From contig JBIOXB010000241.1 of assembly GCA_044869275.1 (NCBI GenBank), forward strand, positions 1 through 64,000: a DNA stretch of 64,000 nucleotides, read 5' to 3'. The position numbers and the translations under genes are program-made. Each line of letters starts with the position of its first letter. Position 1 is the first letter of the stretch. This document shows, piece by piece, positions 45,600 through 55,475 of the stretch. The DNA is from a bacterium (GTDB lineage Bacteria; Zhuqueibacterota; Zhuqueibacteria; Zhuqueibacterales; Zhuqueibacteraceae). The notes under the pieces are model-generated. The model saw only the letters and a list, made by a program, of their open reading frames with translations. It did no database searches and had not been told where the DNA came from.

Positions 45600-46319
45600 T
45601 TAAAAGCCCAAATGAACGAAAAGTTCCGGCGCTTCTGTCCGCCCGCCGGCGCGGCGCGCGAACTGTTCCGGCAATGGGGCACGGCGAACGTCGATGACGT
45701 TTTCATGGAAAAAATCAAAGTCGCGCCACGCCAGCTTGCTGAACGCATACGGCAACAGCAGAAATGCAATCAGCAGTGCCCCCAGGCCCGACAGCCAAAG
45801 CAGGTTGTCGCGACGGCGCCAGAGCATCAGCAAAATGACGTTGATGGCCACCACCCAAAATGATATCAGAAAAACACTATCGCCGAAAGCATGGCGCATC
45901 AGGCTGGCATAGTATTCCTGCGTGTAACCCAAAGGCAGGCCCGCCATTCCTTGCGAACCCCGCGCTTGCGCATATTCCAGCATGGTCCACAAAAACGGAA
46001 CGGCGAGCAGGTAGCCCACCGGCCTTGCTTTGTGCAAGCGGGCCAAAACAGCGGCGAGCAATCCGAAACCCGCCGGCGTGACCAAGACGGCCACGATCCG
46101 TTCGAAAGAAGGAATCAAGAACACGCTGTGCAGTGTGATCAGATTCGCCAGCAGCCCCGCGCCATAACCCCAGCGAAAGGCCGTGGCCGCGCTCTTGTTT
46201 TCCAGCAACAACAGAAACGGAATGATGGCCCAGCAGGCGAAGAAACCCAGGCGAAAGGGCGGGAAAGCCAGACCGAGGGCGCTGAGCGACAACGCAAACA
46301 GCAGCAAATCGCGAGGCAT
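45600..46319 (-). CDS. Lnt N-terminal membrane domain only (no nitrilase domain)
   Basis: LAFPP...AIIPFL, FRWGY..G, PFLWTMLEY, LGYTQ, ISFWVVAIN resemble apolipoprotein N-acyltransferase TM1-7. Ends at 239 aa. Confidence 0.7.
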   Translation of the reverse strand: MPRDLLLFALSLSALGLAFPPFRLGFFACWAIIPFLLLLENKSAATAFRWGYGAGLLANLITLHSVFLIPSFERIVAVLVTPAGFGLLAAVLARLHKARPVGYLLAVPFLWTMLEYAQARGSQGMAGLPLGYTQEYYASLMRHAFGDSVFLISFWVVAINVILLMLWRRRDNLLWLSGLGALLIAFLLLPYAFSKLAWRDFDFFHENVIDVRRAPLPEQFARRAGGRTEAPELFVHLGF

Positions 46320-47329
46320 CAGAGTTTGACCTCTTTGCCGAGTTGGGCGGATTGATACAACGCTTCAATCACCCGCATGCGCTCCAGGCTTTCCTCACCG
46401 CTGGAAAGCATCGGCGTGTCGTCGCGCAGGCACTTGATGAAATGGCCCAGTTCATCTTTGTAGGACAGCTTGTAGCGATACGTCGGCGTGTCGTCGAGTT
46501 GGGGCGTCATGTTGATTAAATTGCCGTGCATCTCTTTCACGACGCGCAACGGATTGAGCTGCGCGCCGCCTTTGGTGCCGAGAATTTGCAGATACAGCGT
46601 ATCCTGGGGAGACATGAAGGTCCAGCTCACCTCCAGTGTAAAACTGCTGCCATCGTCGAGATGCACGAAACCGATGGCGGCGTCTTCCACTTGCAGTTTG
46701 TGAACTTGGTTGTAGGTCGCAGCTTTCACGCTCTTCACTTTTTTGTTGCCGAACAGCCACAGCGTCATGTCGAGAATCTGAATCCCCAAATCCATCAACA
46801 CGCCGCCGCCGGAGTATTTTTTTTGAAAGAGCCAGGGCCGCTCGGTCCAGCTTTCCTGCCGTCGCAGCCAGCCGCATTTGGCATAAAACACCTCTCCCAA
46901 CTCGCCGTTCTCGATGAATTGCCGCAGATTCACCACGTCGCGCCAAAAGCGCACGTTCATGGCGACCATGAGCTTGCGCCTGTGCTGTTTCGCGGCGCGC
47001 ACCATTTGCTCGCCTTCTTCAACCGTGCGGCTCATGGGTTTCTCCACGAGCACATGTTTTCCCGCGGATAAAGCGGCGATCGCCAGAGGCTTGTGAAAAT
47101 TCGTCGGCGCGCAAATATCGACGGCGTCCACCTCCTCCAATTTCAACACTTCTCTGTCGTCCGTGAACACTTGCGGAATGCTGAATTTCTCGGCCACGGC
47201 CCGGGCCCGGGTGCGGCTGGCGTCGCACACCGCCACCAATTCCACGCCCGGGATTTTTTTCCAATGCGGAATATGCGCCAATTGCGCGATGCTGCCGGCA
47301 CCGATGACGGCCAGTCGAATATTTTTCAT
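46319..47329 (-). CDS. Gfo/Idh/MocA-family oxidoreductase
   Basis: IGAGSIA, AGKHVLVEKP, GGGVLMDLG. Confidence 0.93.
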   Translation of the reverse strand: MKNIRLAVIGAGSIAQLAHIPHWKKIPGVELVAVCDASRTRARAVAEKFSIPQVFTDDREVLKLEEVDAVDICAPTNFHKPLAIAALSAGKHVLVEKPMSRTVEEGEQMVRAAKQHRRKLMVAMNVRFWRDVVNLRQFIENGELGEVFYAKCGWLRRQESWTERPWLFQKKYSGGGVLMDLGIQILDMTLWLFGNKKVKSVKAATYNQVHKLQVEDAAIGFVHLDDGSSFTLEVSWTFMSPQDTLYLQILGTKGGAQLNPLRVVKEMHGNLINMTPQLDDTPTYRYKLSYKDELGHFIKCLRDDTPMLSSGEESLERMRVIEALYQSAQLGKEVKL

Positions 47330-47784
47330 GCGCTGTTTTTTTTCGAAGCGAGGCTGTCCAAATAACTTTGTAAAATCAGCACGGCGGCGACTTGATCGAT
47401 GGTTTCTTTGCCCCGGAGCTTGCGCGGGTTTTGTTCTCGCAGGATGCGCTCCGCCTGCCGGCTGGAGAGCCGTTCATCCCACGTGATCACGGGCAGGCGG
47501 CTTTGGGCTTCCAATTCCGCTGCAAAATCTCTGACCTGCGCCGTGAGGTCACCCTCCTCGCCGCTCAAGTGGCGCGGCAGTCCCACCACGATCAATCCGA
47601 TATTTTCGGCAGCGATGATGGCGCGCAAGTGTTCGAGCAGTTCGCGGCGCTTGCGGTAGTGCAGAGTCTCGCGGGCATGCGCGAGCAATAACAACGAATC
47701 GCTCACGGCAACGCCGGCACGTTTACGGCCAAAATCAACGCCGAGAATGCGCTGTTCAAGAGGGGTGTTCGTCTTTGGAGTCAT
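47326..47784 (-). CDS. ruvX: YqgF/RuvX RNase H-like nuclease
   Basis: LGVDFGRKRAGVAVSD, VVGLP, WDERLSS, IDQVAAVLILQSYL. The start overlaps the HU 3' end. Confidence 0.93.
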   Translation of the reverse strand: MTPKTNTPLEQRILGVDFGRKRAGVAVSDSLLLLAHARETLHYRKRRELLEHLRAIIAAENIGLIVVGLPRHLSGEEGDLTAQVRDFAAELEAQSRLPVITWDERLSSRQAERILREQNPRKLRGKETIDQVAAVLILQSYLDSLASKKNSA

Positions 47785-48196
47785 CTTCTTTTTCGCGCTT
47801 CTTCTCGCCCTGCCATGCGGCATTCCCCTCCTCAGCATCGTTCCATTCTTCCCAATCGGCGCTGGGGCTCGGCTCGCGGGCACCCAATTCCGTCAACGGC
47901 TGCTTCAACACTTCCTTGAGCAGCTTGCCGGCTTTGAAATGCGTTTTGCGGCGCGCGGGCACATAAATGATTTCGCCGGTTTTGGGATTGCGCGCCTTGG
48001 GTTTGGGCTTGGTGGTTTTCACCTCGAAGACGCCGAAATCCCGAATCTCGATGCGAATCTCGGGATTGGCTTCTTCCATGAATTCGCGCAAGGCTTGAAA
48101 CACGCCGTCCACCACTTTCTCCGTGAGATAAATCTTCTCGTTGGTGATACGGGCCGTGCGCTTCGCCACATCTTTCTTGGTAATCGTGGTTTTCAT
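47756..48196 (-). CDS. HU/IHF-family DNA-binding protein with charged C-terminal tail
   Basis: IEIRDFGVFEV, ARNPKTGE, FKAGKLLK. Confidence 0.93.
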   Translation of the reverse strand: MKTTITKKDVAKRTARITNEKIYLTEKVVDGVFQALREFMEEANPEIRIEIRDFGVFEVKTTKPKPKARNPKTGEIIYVPARRKTHFKAGKLLKEVLKQPLTELGAREPSPSADWEEWNDAEEGNAAWQGEKKREKEDDSKDEHPS

Positions 48197-48247
48197 AAAG
48201 GCAGCTCCACTGTTAGCGTACTTTCCTTCCTCACCGAGAGCGCCATC

Positions 48248-50434
48248 CTAATACTCCACCTCAGCTTCGATCATGGGTTCGCCGGCACCATCCAGCCGCT
48301 CCACGCTGAGCACGCCCTGCACCTTGCCGATGCGGCTGATCACGCGCGTGAGATGCTGCAGGTTTTTGACTTCGACGATAATGTTGCTGTGCACCATGGA
48401 ATTCTCCGCGCGCATTTCGATGCGCACGATATTGGTATCGGTTTGCGCGATCGCCTCGCTGACGTCGCGCAGAAAATGCTTGCGGTCTTCGCCGAGCAAA
48501 TGCAGCCGCACCATGAAACGCTTGTCGGGATCGACGTCCCAATCGACCGCGAGATTGCGTTCGGTGTTTTGCATGAGCTGCAGGATATTCTTGCAATCCG
48601 TGCGATGCACCACCACGCCCCGGCCCTGCGTGAGAAAGCCCAGGATGTGGTCACCCGGCACCGGCTGGCAACATTTTCCGAAAGTGATCAGCAAATTATC
48701 CAGGCCTTGCACGCGCACCCCCTTGGCCGAGCCGCGCGCTTTGTCGATAAACTTCTTGATGATGCTGCCGGGGCTGGCGTGTTCGGCGTGCTCCGGTCTG
48801 ATTTTGCGGATCACGCTTTGCGCGGAAATGTCGCCGCGGCCCACGGCGCAATAGAGCTGCAGGGCATCGCTCAAACCGAAGGTATGCGCAATTTCGCTCA
48901 GCTCGTCTTCGTTTCTTTCGAGGCGCGAGCGCTTCAAGGCCCGCAGCAGAATCTCTTCGCCCAGCTTCTTGCTTTGTTCCTGCAACGACTCTTTGATCCA
49001 GCGCTTGATCTTCGCGCGCGCTTTGGAAGTGCGCACCGAGCGGATCCAATCCGGATTGGGCTTTTGATTCGGGCTGACGATGATCTCAACCGGATCGCCG
49101 CTCTTCAGCTTGTAATTGAGCGGCACGATGCGCCCGTTCACTTTTGCGCCGATGCAGTGATGGCCAATATCGGTATGCACCGCGAACGCGAAATCCACCG
49201 GCGTGCTCCCCAGCGGCAGTTGCAGCAAATCGCCCTTGGGGGTGAACACGAATACTTCGTCCTGAAACAAGTCGATCCGCAGATTCTCCATGAATTCCTG
49301 TGGATCTTTGGTATCGCGCTGCCAGTCGAGCATCTGCCGCAGCCACATGAGATGCTTGTCGAGTTCGTCGGTTTTTTGCTTGCCCTCTTTATAGCGCCAG
49401 TGCGCGGCCACGCCCACTTCGGCCATGTAATCCATGTCTTCGGTGCGAATCTGAATCTCGACCATCTTGCCGCCTTCGGCGATCACCGTGGTATGCAGCG
49501 ACTGGTACATGTTGGACTTCGGCGTGGCGACGTAATCCTTGAATCGCTCCTGAATGGGCGTGAATTGGTTGTGCACGATGCCGAGGGCGAAGTAGCAATC
49601 TTCCACGCGCTTCACCACGATGCGAATGGCGAGCAGGTCGAAAATGGCTTCAAACGGCATGGCGCGATTGAGCATTTTGAGATGTATGCTATAGAGATGT
49701 TTGGGCCGTCCCGTGATCTTGGCGAAGATTTTCGCCTCCTGCAGCTCGCGCCGGATGGGCGCGGTGACACGGCGGATGTAGGCCTCGCGCTCTTCCCTTT
49801 TCTCATTGATCTTCTGCACCAATTCCCAATAGGCCTTGGGTGTCAGGGTTTTGAAGCACAAATCTTCCAATTCCCACTTGATCCTGGCGATGCCCAAACG
49901 GTGCGCCAAAGGCGCATAAATCTCGCGCGTTTCAAGCGCGATGCGGTGCTGCTTGCGCTCGGGGAGATATTCGATCGTACGCATGTTGTGCAGCCGGTCG
50001 GCGAACTTGATCAGGATGACGCGTATGTCCTTGATCATGGACAGCAGCATCTTCCGAAAGTTTTCCGCCTGTCGCACTTCCACGCTGTCGAACTTCAATT
50101 CCGAGATCTTGGTCACCCCGTCGACCAAGCCGGCGATTTCCGCGCCGAATTTTTCCTCCACTTCGGCGATCTGGATGCCGGTATCCTCCACCACGTCGTG
50201 CAGCAAGCCGCCGGCGATGGTGATATGATCCATGCGCAGATCGCTGAGAATCTTGGCGACCTCGATGCAATGCTCGAAGTAGGGCGCGCCGGATTTGCGC
50301 AATTGGTGGCGATGCGCTTCCTGGCTGAATTCATAAGCGCGCCGCAACAAATCGTAATCGACCGCATGCTGGCTGTAGCGTTTGAGGCGGCGCACGATCC
50401 GGCTGAAAGCCTTGTCAAATTTTATAGTGTCCAT
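48248..50434 (-). CDS. rel: Bifunctional (p)ppGpp synthetase/hydrolase (Rel/SpoT)
   Basis: H..Q.RKSG.PY, LHDVVED, ADRLHNMRT, GRPKH, YQSLHT, EIQIRT; TGS and ACT domains. Confidence 0.97.
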   Translation of the reverse strand: MDTIKFDKAFSRIVRRLKRYSQHAVDYDLLRRAYEFSQEAHRHQLRKSGAPYFEHCIEVAKILSDLRMDHITIAGGLLHDVVEDTGIQIAEVEEKFGAEIAGLVDGVTKISELKFDSVEVRQAENFRKMLLSMIKDIRVILIKFADRLHNMRTIEYLPERKQHRIALETREIYAPLAHRLGIARIKWELEDLCFKTLTPKAYWELVQKINEKREEREAYIRRVTAPIRRELQEAKIFAKITGRPKHLYSIHLKMLNRAMPFEAIFDLLAIRIVVKRVEDCYFALGIVHNQFTPIQERFKDYVATPKSNMYQSLHTTVIAEGGKMVEIQIRTEDMDYMAEVGVAAHWRYKEGKQKTDELDKHLMWLRQMLDWQRDTKDPQEFMENLRIDLFQDEVFVFTPKGDLLQLPLGSTPVDFAFAVHTDIGHHCIGAKVNGRIVPLNYKLKSGDPVEIIVSPNQKPNPDWIRSVRTSKARAKIKRWIKESLQEQSKKLGEEILLRALKRSRLERNEDELSEIAHTFGLSDALQLYCAVGRGDISAQSVIRKIRPEHAEHASPGSIIKKFIDKARGSAKGVRVQGLDNLLITFGKCCQPVPGDHILGFLTQGRGVVVHRTDCKNILQLMQNTERNLAVDWDVDPDKRFMVRLHLLGEDRKHFLRDVSEAIAQTDTNIVRIEMRAENSMVHSNIIVEVKNLQHLTRVISRIGKVQGVLSVERLDGAGEPMIEAEVEY

Positions 50435-50481
50435 GGTACAGCTTCCCCTGCAGCAAGTCCCAAGATGGATTCGCCATACCG

Positions 50482-51915
50482 TCAGAAAGGCGATTCACTG
50501 ACCACGTTTACGGGTTCCGAGGTGAACCGGTCCAAGTTGGCGAACAACACATAATCTTTCAAGAACATCAGGTTGACGGTGCCGGTCGGGCCGTTTCTCT
50601 GCTTGCCGATGATGATTTCCGCGGTGCTGTCGTTCAGTTCTTTGGTATAGACTTCCGGGCGATAGATGAACATGACCACGTCGGCGTCCTGCTCGATGGC
50701 GCCGGATTCGCGCAAGTCGGAAAGCTGTGGGCGCTTGTCCCCGGTGCGCTGCTCCACCGCGCGCGAGAGCTGCGACAAGGCGATCACCGGCACGCTCAGT
50801 TCTTTCGCCAGCGCCTTGAGTGCTTGCGAAATCATGGAGATTTCAATTTGCCGGCTTTCCGCGGTGCGCGGCCCGCGCACGAGCTGGAGATAATCGACGA
50901 TGAACAATCCGACATTTTTTTCCGCCACCAGCCGCCGCGCTTTGGCGCGGATTTCCATCACCGAGAGCGCGGGGGTGTCGTCGATGAAAAGTGGCGCTTC
51001 GGCCAGCCTGCCGACGCCCGTCACCAGGCGTTTGAATTGCGTGGTCGGCAGTTTGCCCGTGCGCACGAGGTGAGAATTGACGCGCGCTTCACTGCAGAGC
51101 ATGCGCATGGCGAGCTGGTAATTCGCCATCTCGAGCGAAAAAATGCCAACGCCGATCTTGCTGTCCACCGCGACGTTGCGTGCCATGTTCAAGCAGAAAG
51201 CCGTTTTGCCCATCGACGGCCGCCCCGCGACGATGATGAGATCCGCAGGCTGCAAGCCGGAAGTGATTTCATCCAGGTCTTTGAACCCGGTGGCCACGCC
51301 GGTGACGCCTCCCCCGCGCTTGTGATAGGATTCGATCTGCTCGAACGTTTTGTGCAGCACCGGATTGATGGATTCGAAGCCGCGGCGCAAGCCGCGCTCC
51401 GAGAGCGCGAAAATGCGCTGCTCGGCTTTGTCCAGCAATTCGTCCACCGGCTCTTTGGCCTCGAACGCTTCCGCAGAGATTTCCGTGGCCACGCCGATAA
51501 GCCGGCGCAAGAGCGCCTTTTCCAGCACCAGACGCGCGTGATACTCGGCATTCGCCGCCGAAGGCACGCTGGCAACCAATTCCGTGAGATAATAATTTCC
51601 ACCCACACTGTCGAGCGCCTGCATGCGCTGCAATTGCGCTCCGGTGGTGAGCACGTCGATGGGATGGTTGTGCTCGAACAGTGCCTGCATGGCCTGGAAG
51701 ATTTTTTGATGGTTGCTGGTATAAAACACCCAATCTTCCAAGATTTCGAAGGCTTTGCTCACCGCACCGCTCTCTTGCAGCATCGCGCCCAAGACGGCGC
51801 GCTCGGCGTGCAAGTCCTGCGGCGGCAGGCGGTCAATCAATTGATCGGCGGAGAGTTTCTTGAGATGCTGATCCCGGCCAGAGTCTTCGCCGCGATTGTC
51901 TTTACGTTCGTTCAA
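50482..51915 (-). CDS. dnaB: Replicative DNA helicase
   Basis: AGRPSMGKT, FSLEM, DYLQL, LSQLSR, LRESGAIEQDAD, KQRNGPTG. Confidence 0.98.
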   Translation of the reverse strand: MNERKDNRGEDSGRDQHLKKLSADQLIDRLPPQDLHAERAVLGAMLQESGAVSKAFEILEDWVFYTSNHQKIFQAMQALFEHNHPIDVLTTGAQLQRMQALDSVGGNYYLTELVASVPSAANAEYHARLVLEKALLRRLIGVATEISAEAFEAKEPVDELLDKAEQRIFALSERGLRRGFESINPVLHKTFEQIESYHKRGGGVTGVATGFKDLDEITSGLQPADLIIVAGRPSMGKTAFCLNMARNVAVDSKIGVGIFSLEMANYQLAMRMLCSEARVNSHLVRTGKLPTTQFKRLVTGVGRLAEAPLFIDDTPALSVMEIRAKARRLVAEKNVGLFIVDYLQLVRGPRTAESRQIEISMISQALKALAKELSVPVIALSQLSRAVEQRTGDKRPQLSDLRESGAIEQDADVVMFIYRPEVYTKELNDSTAEIIIGKQRNGPTGTVNLMFLKDYVLFANLDRFTSEPVNVVSESPF

Positions 51916-51948
51916 ACTAAAAAATGCCGAGTGGAGTTCGAGTTCGCC

Positions 51949-53181
51949 TTATTGCCCAGCCAGCGCCATCACCCGCCGGAAAATGTGAAACGCCAGCTCC
52001 AGCTTCGACATCTTGGGCAATGTTTCAACTTGCTGGTTGCGGTCAATCGTTACTGCGAGATTGGTATCCGTGCCGAAGCCCGCGCCTTCATGCTTGGGAT
52101 TGTTCAGCACGATCAGATCCAAATTCTTGCGCTGTAATTTTTCCGTGGCGTGCTGCTGCCCGTTTTCGGTTTCCACGGCGAAACCCACATGCAGGGCTTG
52201 AGATTTTCTCTTGCCCAAAGCTTGCAGGATGTCTTCAGTCGCTTCGAGCGTGAGCGTCAATTCGCTGGAAAGTTTTTTGATTTTCTCGGCCGCGGCCGCG
52301 CGCGGGCGATAATCAGAAACTGCCGCGGCCATCGCCAAAATATCCACGCCGGCATAATGGGCAGCCACCGCTTGCGCCATTTCTGCCGCGCTCGTCACCG
52401 CCACCATTTTCACCTGATACGGCGGAGGCAAAGAACTGGGGCCGTGCACGAGCACGACCTCTTTTGCACCCAGTGCGATTGCAGCTTCTGCCAGCGCAAA
52501 TCCCATTTTGCCGGTGGCAGGATTGGTCAACATGCGCACCGGATCGAAGTATTCCTCCGTGCGGCCCGCGGTGACCAGGATTTTCTTGCCCTGCAAAGGA
52601 CGGTGCGGCTGCAGCGCGGACAAAATTGCCGTGAGAATCCATTCCAGGCGCGCGAGCCGGCCCCATCCTTCGCCCTCTGCCGCCGTGGCCAGCGCCCCGA
52701 ATTCAGGATCGACGAAACGATAGTCCGTCTGGCGCAGGCGCTCTACGTTGCTTTGCACCAGCGGGTCCTCCCACATCGCCGCATTCATGGCCGGACAGAT
52801 CACCACGGGCACACGCGCCGCGCGAATGGTGGCACTAATGGCATCATCGGCGAAGCCGTGAGCCAGGCGTGCGAGCGTATTGGCGGTTGCCGGACACACG
52901 ACCAGCACCTCGGGCCAGCGCGACCAGCGAATATGCTCGATTTCGCCGGAACTGCTCAAGGCCAGATGATCGAGCAGCACCGGGTGTTCGGTGAGCGCCG
53001 CAAAGGTCAATGGCCCCACGAATTCCTTCGCCGCGGCCGTCATCATCACCCGCACTGCGGCGCCCCGGCGGCGCAACTCGCGCACGACTTCGCAGCTCTT
53101 GTAGGCCGCGATGCCGCCACTCACGCCCATGACGATCTTTTTCCCGGAGAAAGGCACGGAAAATTCCAGCAAAAAAAGCAC
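51949..53181 (-). CDS. coaBC: Phosphopantothenoylcysteine decarboxylase/synthetase
   Basis: GGIAAYK, PATANT, PAMN, TAG.T.E..DPVR..TN..TGKMG, AAAVSDY, GFAVET. Confidence 0.96.
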   Translation of the reverse strand: MLFLLEFSVPFSGKKIVMGVSGGIAAYKSCEVVRELRRRGAAVRVMMTAAAKEFVGPLTFAALTEHPVLLDHLALSSSGEIEHIRWSRWPEVLVVCPATANTLARLAHGFADDAISATIRAARVPVVICPAMNAAMWEDPLVQSNVERLRQTDYRFVDPEFGALATAAEGEGWGRLARLEWILTAILSALQPHRPLQGKKILVTAGRTEEYFDPVRMLTNPATGKMGFALAEAAIALGAKEVVLVHGPSSLPPPYQVKMVAVTSAAEMAQAVAAHYAGVDILAMAAAVSDYRPRAAAAEKIKKLSSELTLTLEATEDILQALGKRKSQALHVGFAVETENGQQHATEKLQRKNLDLIVLNNPKHEGAGFGTDTNLAVTIDRNQQVETLPKMSKLELAFHIFRRVMALAGQ

Positions 53182-53213
53182 TGTACCGCCGCCGCGAGCA
53201 TCAGCCGCTGCGG

Positions 53214-53531
53214 CTAATTCTCTTCTGGCTGCGCTTCTTTATATTGAAATTGCAATTTGCCGTTGAGCATCTCATCCAGCGAAATGGTCGTCGGCTTGGG
53301 CAAACGGAAAATTTTGACTGGCGTAATCCTGCGCTCCTCGTGGTTTTCTTCCAAATCAGAATCGTCGTCGGCATTGGGGTTGTCCGCCGCGCTGTCATAA
53401 CCCAGTTCTTGCTCAATGAAGCGTTTCTGATCGTCGTTGATCTGCCGCGCACGCTTGGCGATCACGACAATGGCTTCATAAATGTTGCCCGCATGTTTTT
53501 CCAAATCTTCCAGCGGAACAGTGCTTACCAT
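53214..53531 (-). CDS. rpoZ: RNA polymerase omega subunit (FCB type)
   Basis: GNIYEAIVVIAKRARQIN...LPKPT; gmk-rpoZ-coaBC synteny. Confidence 0.88.
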   Translation of the reverse strand: MVSTVPLEDLEKHAGNIYEAIVVIAKRARQINDDQKRFIEQELGYDSAADNPNADDDSDLEENHEERRITPVKIFRLPKPTTISLDEMLNGKLQFQYKEAQPEEN

Positions 53532-53563
53532 GAAAAACCTCCAAAATCACGTCCAGTATTCGA

Positions 53564-54211
53564 TTAGGCCCAGCCTTCTGGGTGGGCAGTTTGTTGACGG
53601 TGCTGATTGATAATTTCCCGCACTTCACACACGGTATGTTCCAGTTCCAGATTGAGGACGACATGATCGTAGTGTGCGGCTTGTTGCAGCTCCAGCCGCG
53701 CCGTTTCCATGCGCGCCGCGATGTCTTCCGGCCTGTCGGTGTTGCGTGTTTCCAGCCGCTCGCGCAAAGCGTGCAGCGAGGGCGGCTGGATGAAGATCAA
53801 AACCGCGCGCGCACCCATTTGCCGCTTGACGTTCAGGCCCCCTTGCACGTCCAAGTCCAGCAGCACGATTTTGCCCAGCACAATGCCCTGCTCCACGCTG
53901 GCGCGCGGCGTGCCATAAAAATTCCCGTGCACTTGCGCATATTCAATGAACTCGCCGGCTTCCGCCCGCCGCTGAAACTCTTCCAGCGGAAGGAAAAGGT
54001 AGTCCCGGCCATGGACTTCACCGGGGCGCGGCCGGCGTGTGGTCGCTGAAACAGAATATTGAAAATCCGCTTCCCCACTTTTGAGCAGGCACTGCAAAAT
54101 CGTCGTTTTCCCGCCCCCGGACGGCGCCGACAACACGACCAAAAAGCCGTTTCCTGGTTTTGGCTGGTCGGTACTGGCCTCCCCGGACGGCACGGCCGGC
54201 ATGGTGTTCAT
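53564..54211 (-). CDS. gmk: Guanylate kinase
   Basis: SAPSGGGKTT, SVSATTRRPRPGE, NFYGT, DVQG. Confidence 0.97.
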   Translation of the reverse strand: MNTMPAVPSGEASTDQPKPGNGFLVVLSAPSGGGKTTILQCLLKSGEADFQYSVSATTRRPRPGEVHGRDYLFLPLEEFQRRAEAGEFIEYAQVHGNFYGTPRASVEQGIVLGKIVLLDLDVQGGLNVKRQMGARAVLIFIQPPSLHALRERLETRNTDRPEDIAARMETARLELQQAAHYDHVVLNLELEHTVCEVREIINQHRQQTAHPEGWA

Positions 54212-55092
54212 TCGATATTCTGGATTTGTTCACGCAGCTTTTCAACTTCTTCCTTGATCTTGACCACCAAGTGCGCGATCGCGGCTTCATTCGCTTTGGC
54301 GCCAAGGGTGTTGGCTTCGCGGTTCATCTCCTGCAGCAAGAAATTCAGCTTGCGCCCCGGTGACTCAGGGTCTTGCATGGCCTCCTGAAACAGCTTGTTA
54401 TGGCTGCGAAAGCGAATGCATTCCTCCGTGACGTCGACGCGGTCGGCCAATAAAGCCACCTCCAGTTCGAGACGCTGGGGATCCAGCTCGCGAGTGGCAA
54501 TATATTCCTTCAGGCGCTGATACAGCTTATGAAACTCTTCCTTGCGCCGGGCGGCCGAGCGCGCCTCGATTTCGTTCAAAGTGTCATCCAGAATCTTGAG
54601 GCGATTTGCCAGGTCGGCGGAAATCTCGACGCCTTCGCGCCGCCGCATCTCATTCAAATCCCGCACAGCTCTTTCAATGGCGCATTGCACACACTCCCAC
54701 GCTTGCTCGGGCAGCTCGACCGAATTCTCCAGCGCCAGAACCTCGGAAAAATGCAAAATATGATCGATCGTGATCGGCCCTTCCAATTGGAGCGTGTCGC
54801 GCAGCGTCTCCAACAGGCGCTTGTACTGTTGTGCCGCTTCCGTATCGATGCGCAAGCCCAGTCCGGGATTCTGCTCGCTGTTCAGACTCACCGACAGACT
54901 GATGCGGCCGCGCGAGAGATGTTTGCGCACGATTTCTTTTGCCGCGTCTTCATAAAAGCTCAGCCCGCGCGGCAGCTTCAACACAACATCCAAAAAACGA
55001 TGGTTTAAGGAGCGCACTTCGACTTGGCAAGCGAAACCATCGCGTGCCTCTTCTCCTCTGCCAAATCCTGTCATGCTGGTTATCATGCGCAA
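54208..55092 (-). CDS. yicC: YicC/YloC-family endoribonuclease
   Basis: SMTGFG, SLNHRFLD, GRKLNFLLQEMNREANT, REQIQNIE. Confidence 0.95.
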   Translation of the reverse strand: MRMITSMTGFGRGEEARDGFACQVEVRSLNHRFLDVVLKLPRGLSFYEDAAKEIVRKHLSRGRISLSVSLNSEQNPGLGLRIDTEAAQQYKRLLETLRDTLQLEGPITIDHILHFSEVLALENSVELPEQAWECVQCAIERAVRDLNEMRRREGVEISADLANRLKILDDTLNEIEARSAARRKEEFHKLYQRLKEYIATRELDPQRLELEVALLADRVDVTEECIRFRSHNKLFQEAMQDPESPGRKLNFLLQEMNREANTLGAKANEAAIAHLVVKIKEEVEKLREQIQNIE

Positions 55093-55398
55093 CGGGTTCC
55101 GGCTGAGTGCAAATTACTGAGCATACTGTCGCACCTGTTCATCCATTCTACTGGTCTGGATACGCGGCGAATGCAACTTAGGGCAGTTTCAATCACGCAT
55201 TAAGTTACAATTTACAATTAAGTTAGATTTTACGAAAATCATTGATAACATACAATAAGTTTTTTCTGATTTTTTTTGGGGGCGGTCCTGGCCTCGTGAT
55301 TATTAGGACACCATTTTTGTTTGCAGCTGTTCATTAGGTCCTTTCCTGCTCTCTTCGTGGAAAGCCCTGGGCATACCTCATAAGATCAGTTCCTGCGC

Positions 55399-55440
55399 AA
55401 AAAAAGAACTTCAAGGAAGGAGAGCTGCCTTGAAGTTCTT
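55399..55440 (-). terminator. Intrinsic terminator downstream of the PorV-like gene
   Basis: AAGAACTTCAAGG...CCTTGAAGTTCTT followed by a T-run on the minus strand. Confidence 0.8.
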
Positions 55441-55475
55441 CATTTGTCGTAACGTACGATTGGCGCAATTGATCT

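Noticed and set aside
47747..50554. 935-aa plus-strand ORF
   Set aside because: Antisense shadow of rel/HU in GC-rich DNA with no recognisable motifs. The same applies to other long antisense ORFs (e.g. 11740-13062, 50824-52137, 60549-61925, 8149-9180).
55093..55398. ncRNA in the AT-rich gap upstream of yicC
   Set aside because: No recognisable 6S, SRP, tmRNA or RNase P motif. Most simply the promoter region of the long downstream operon.
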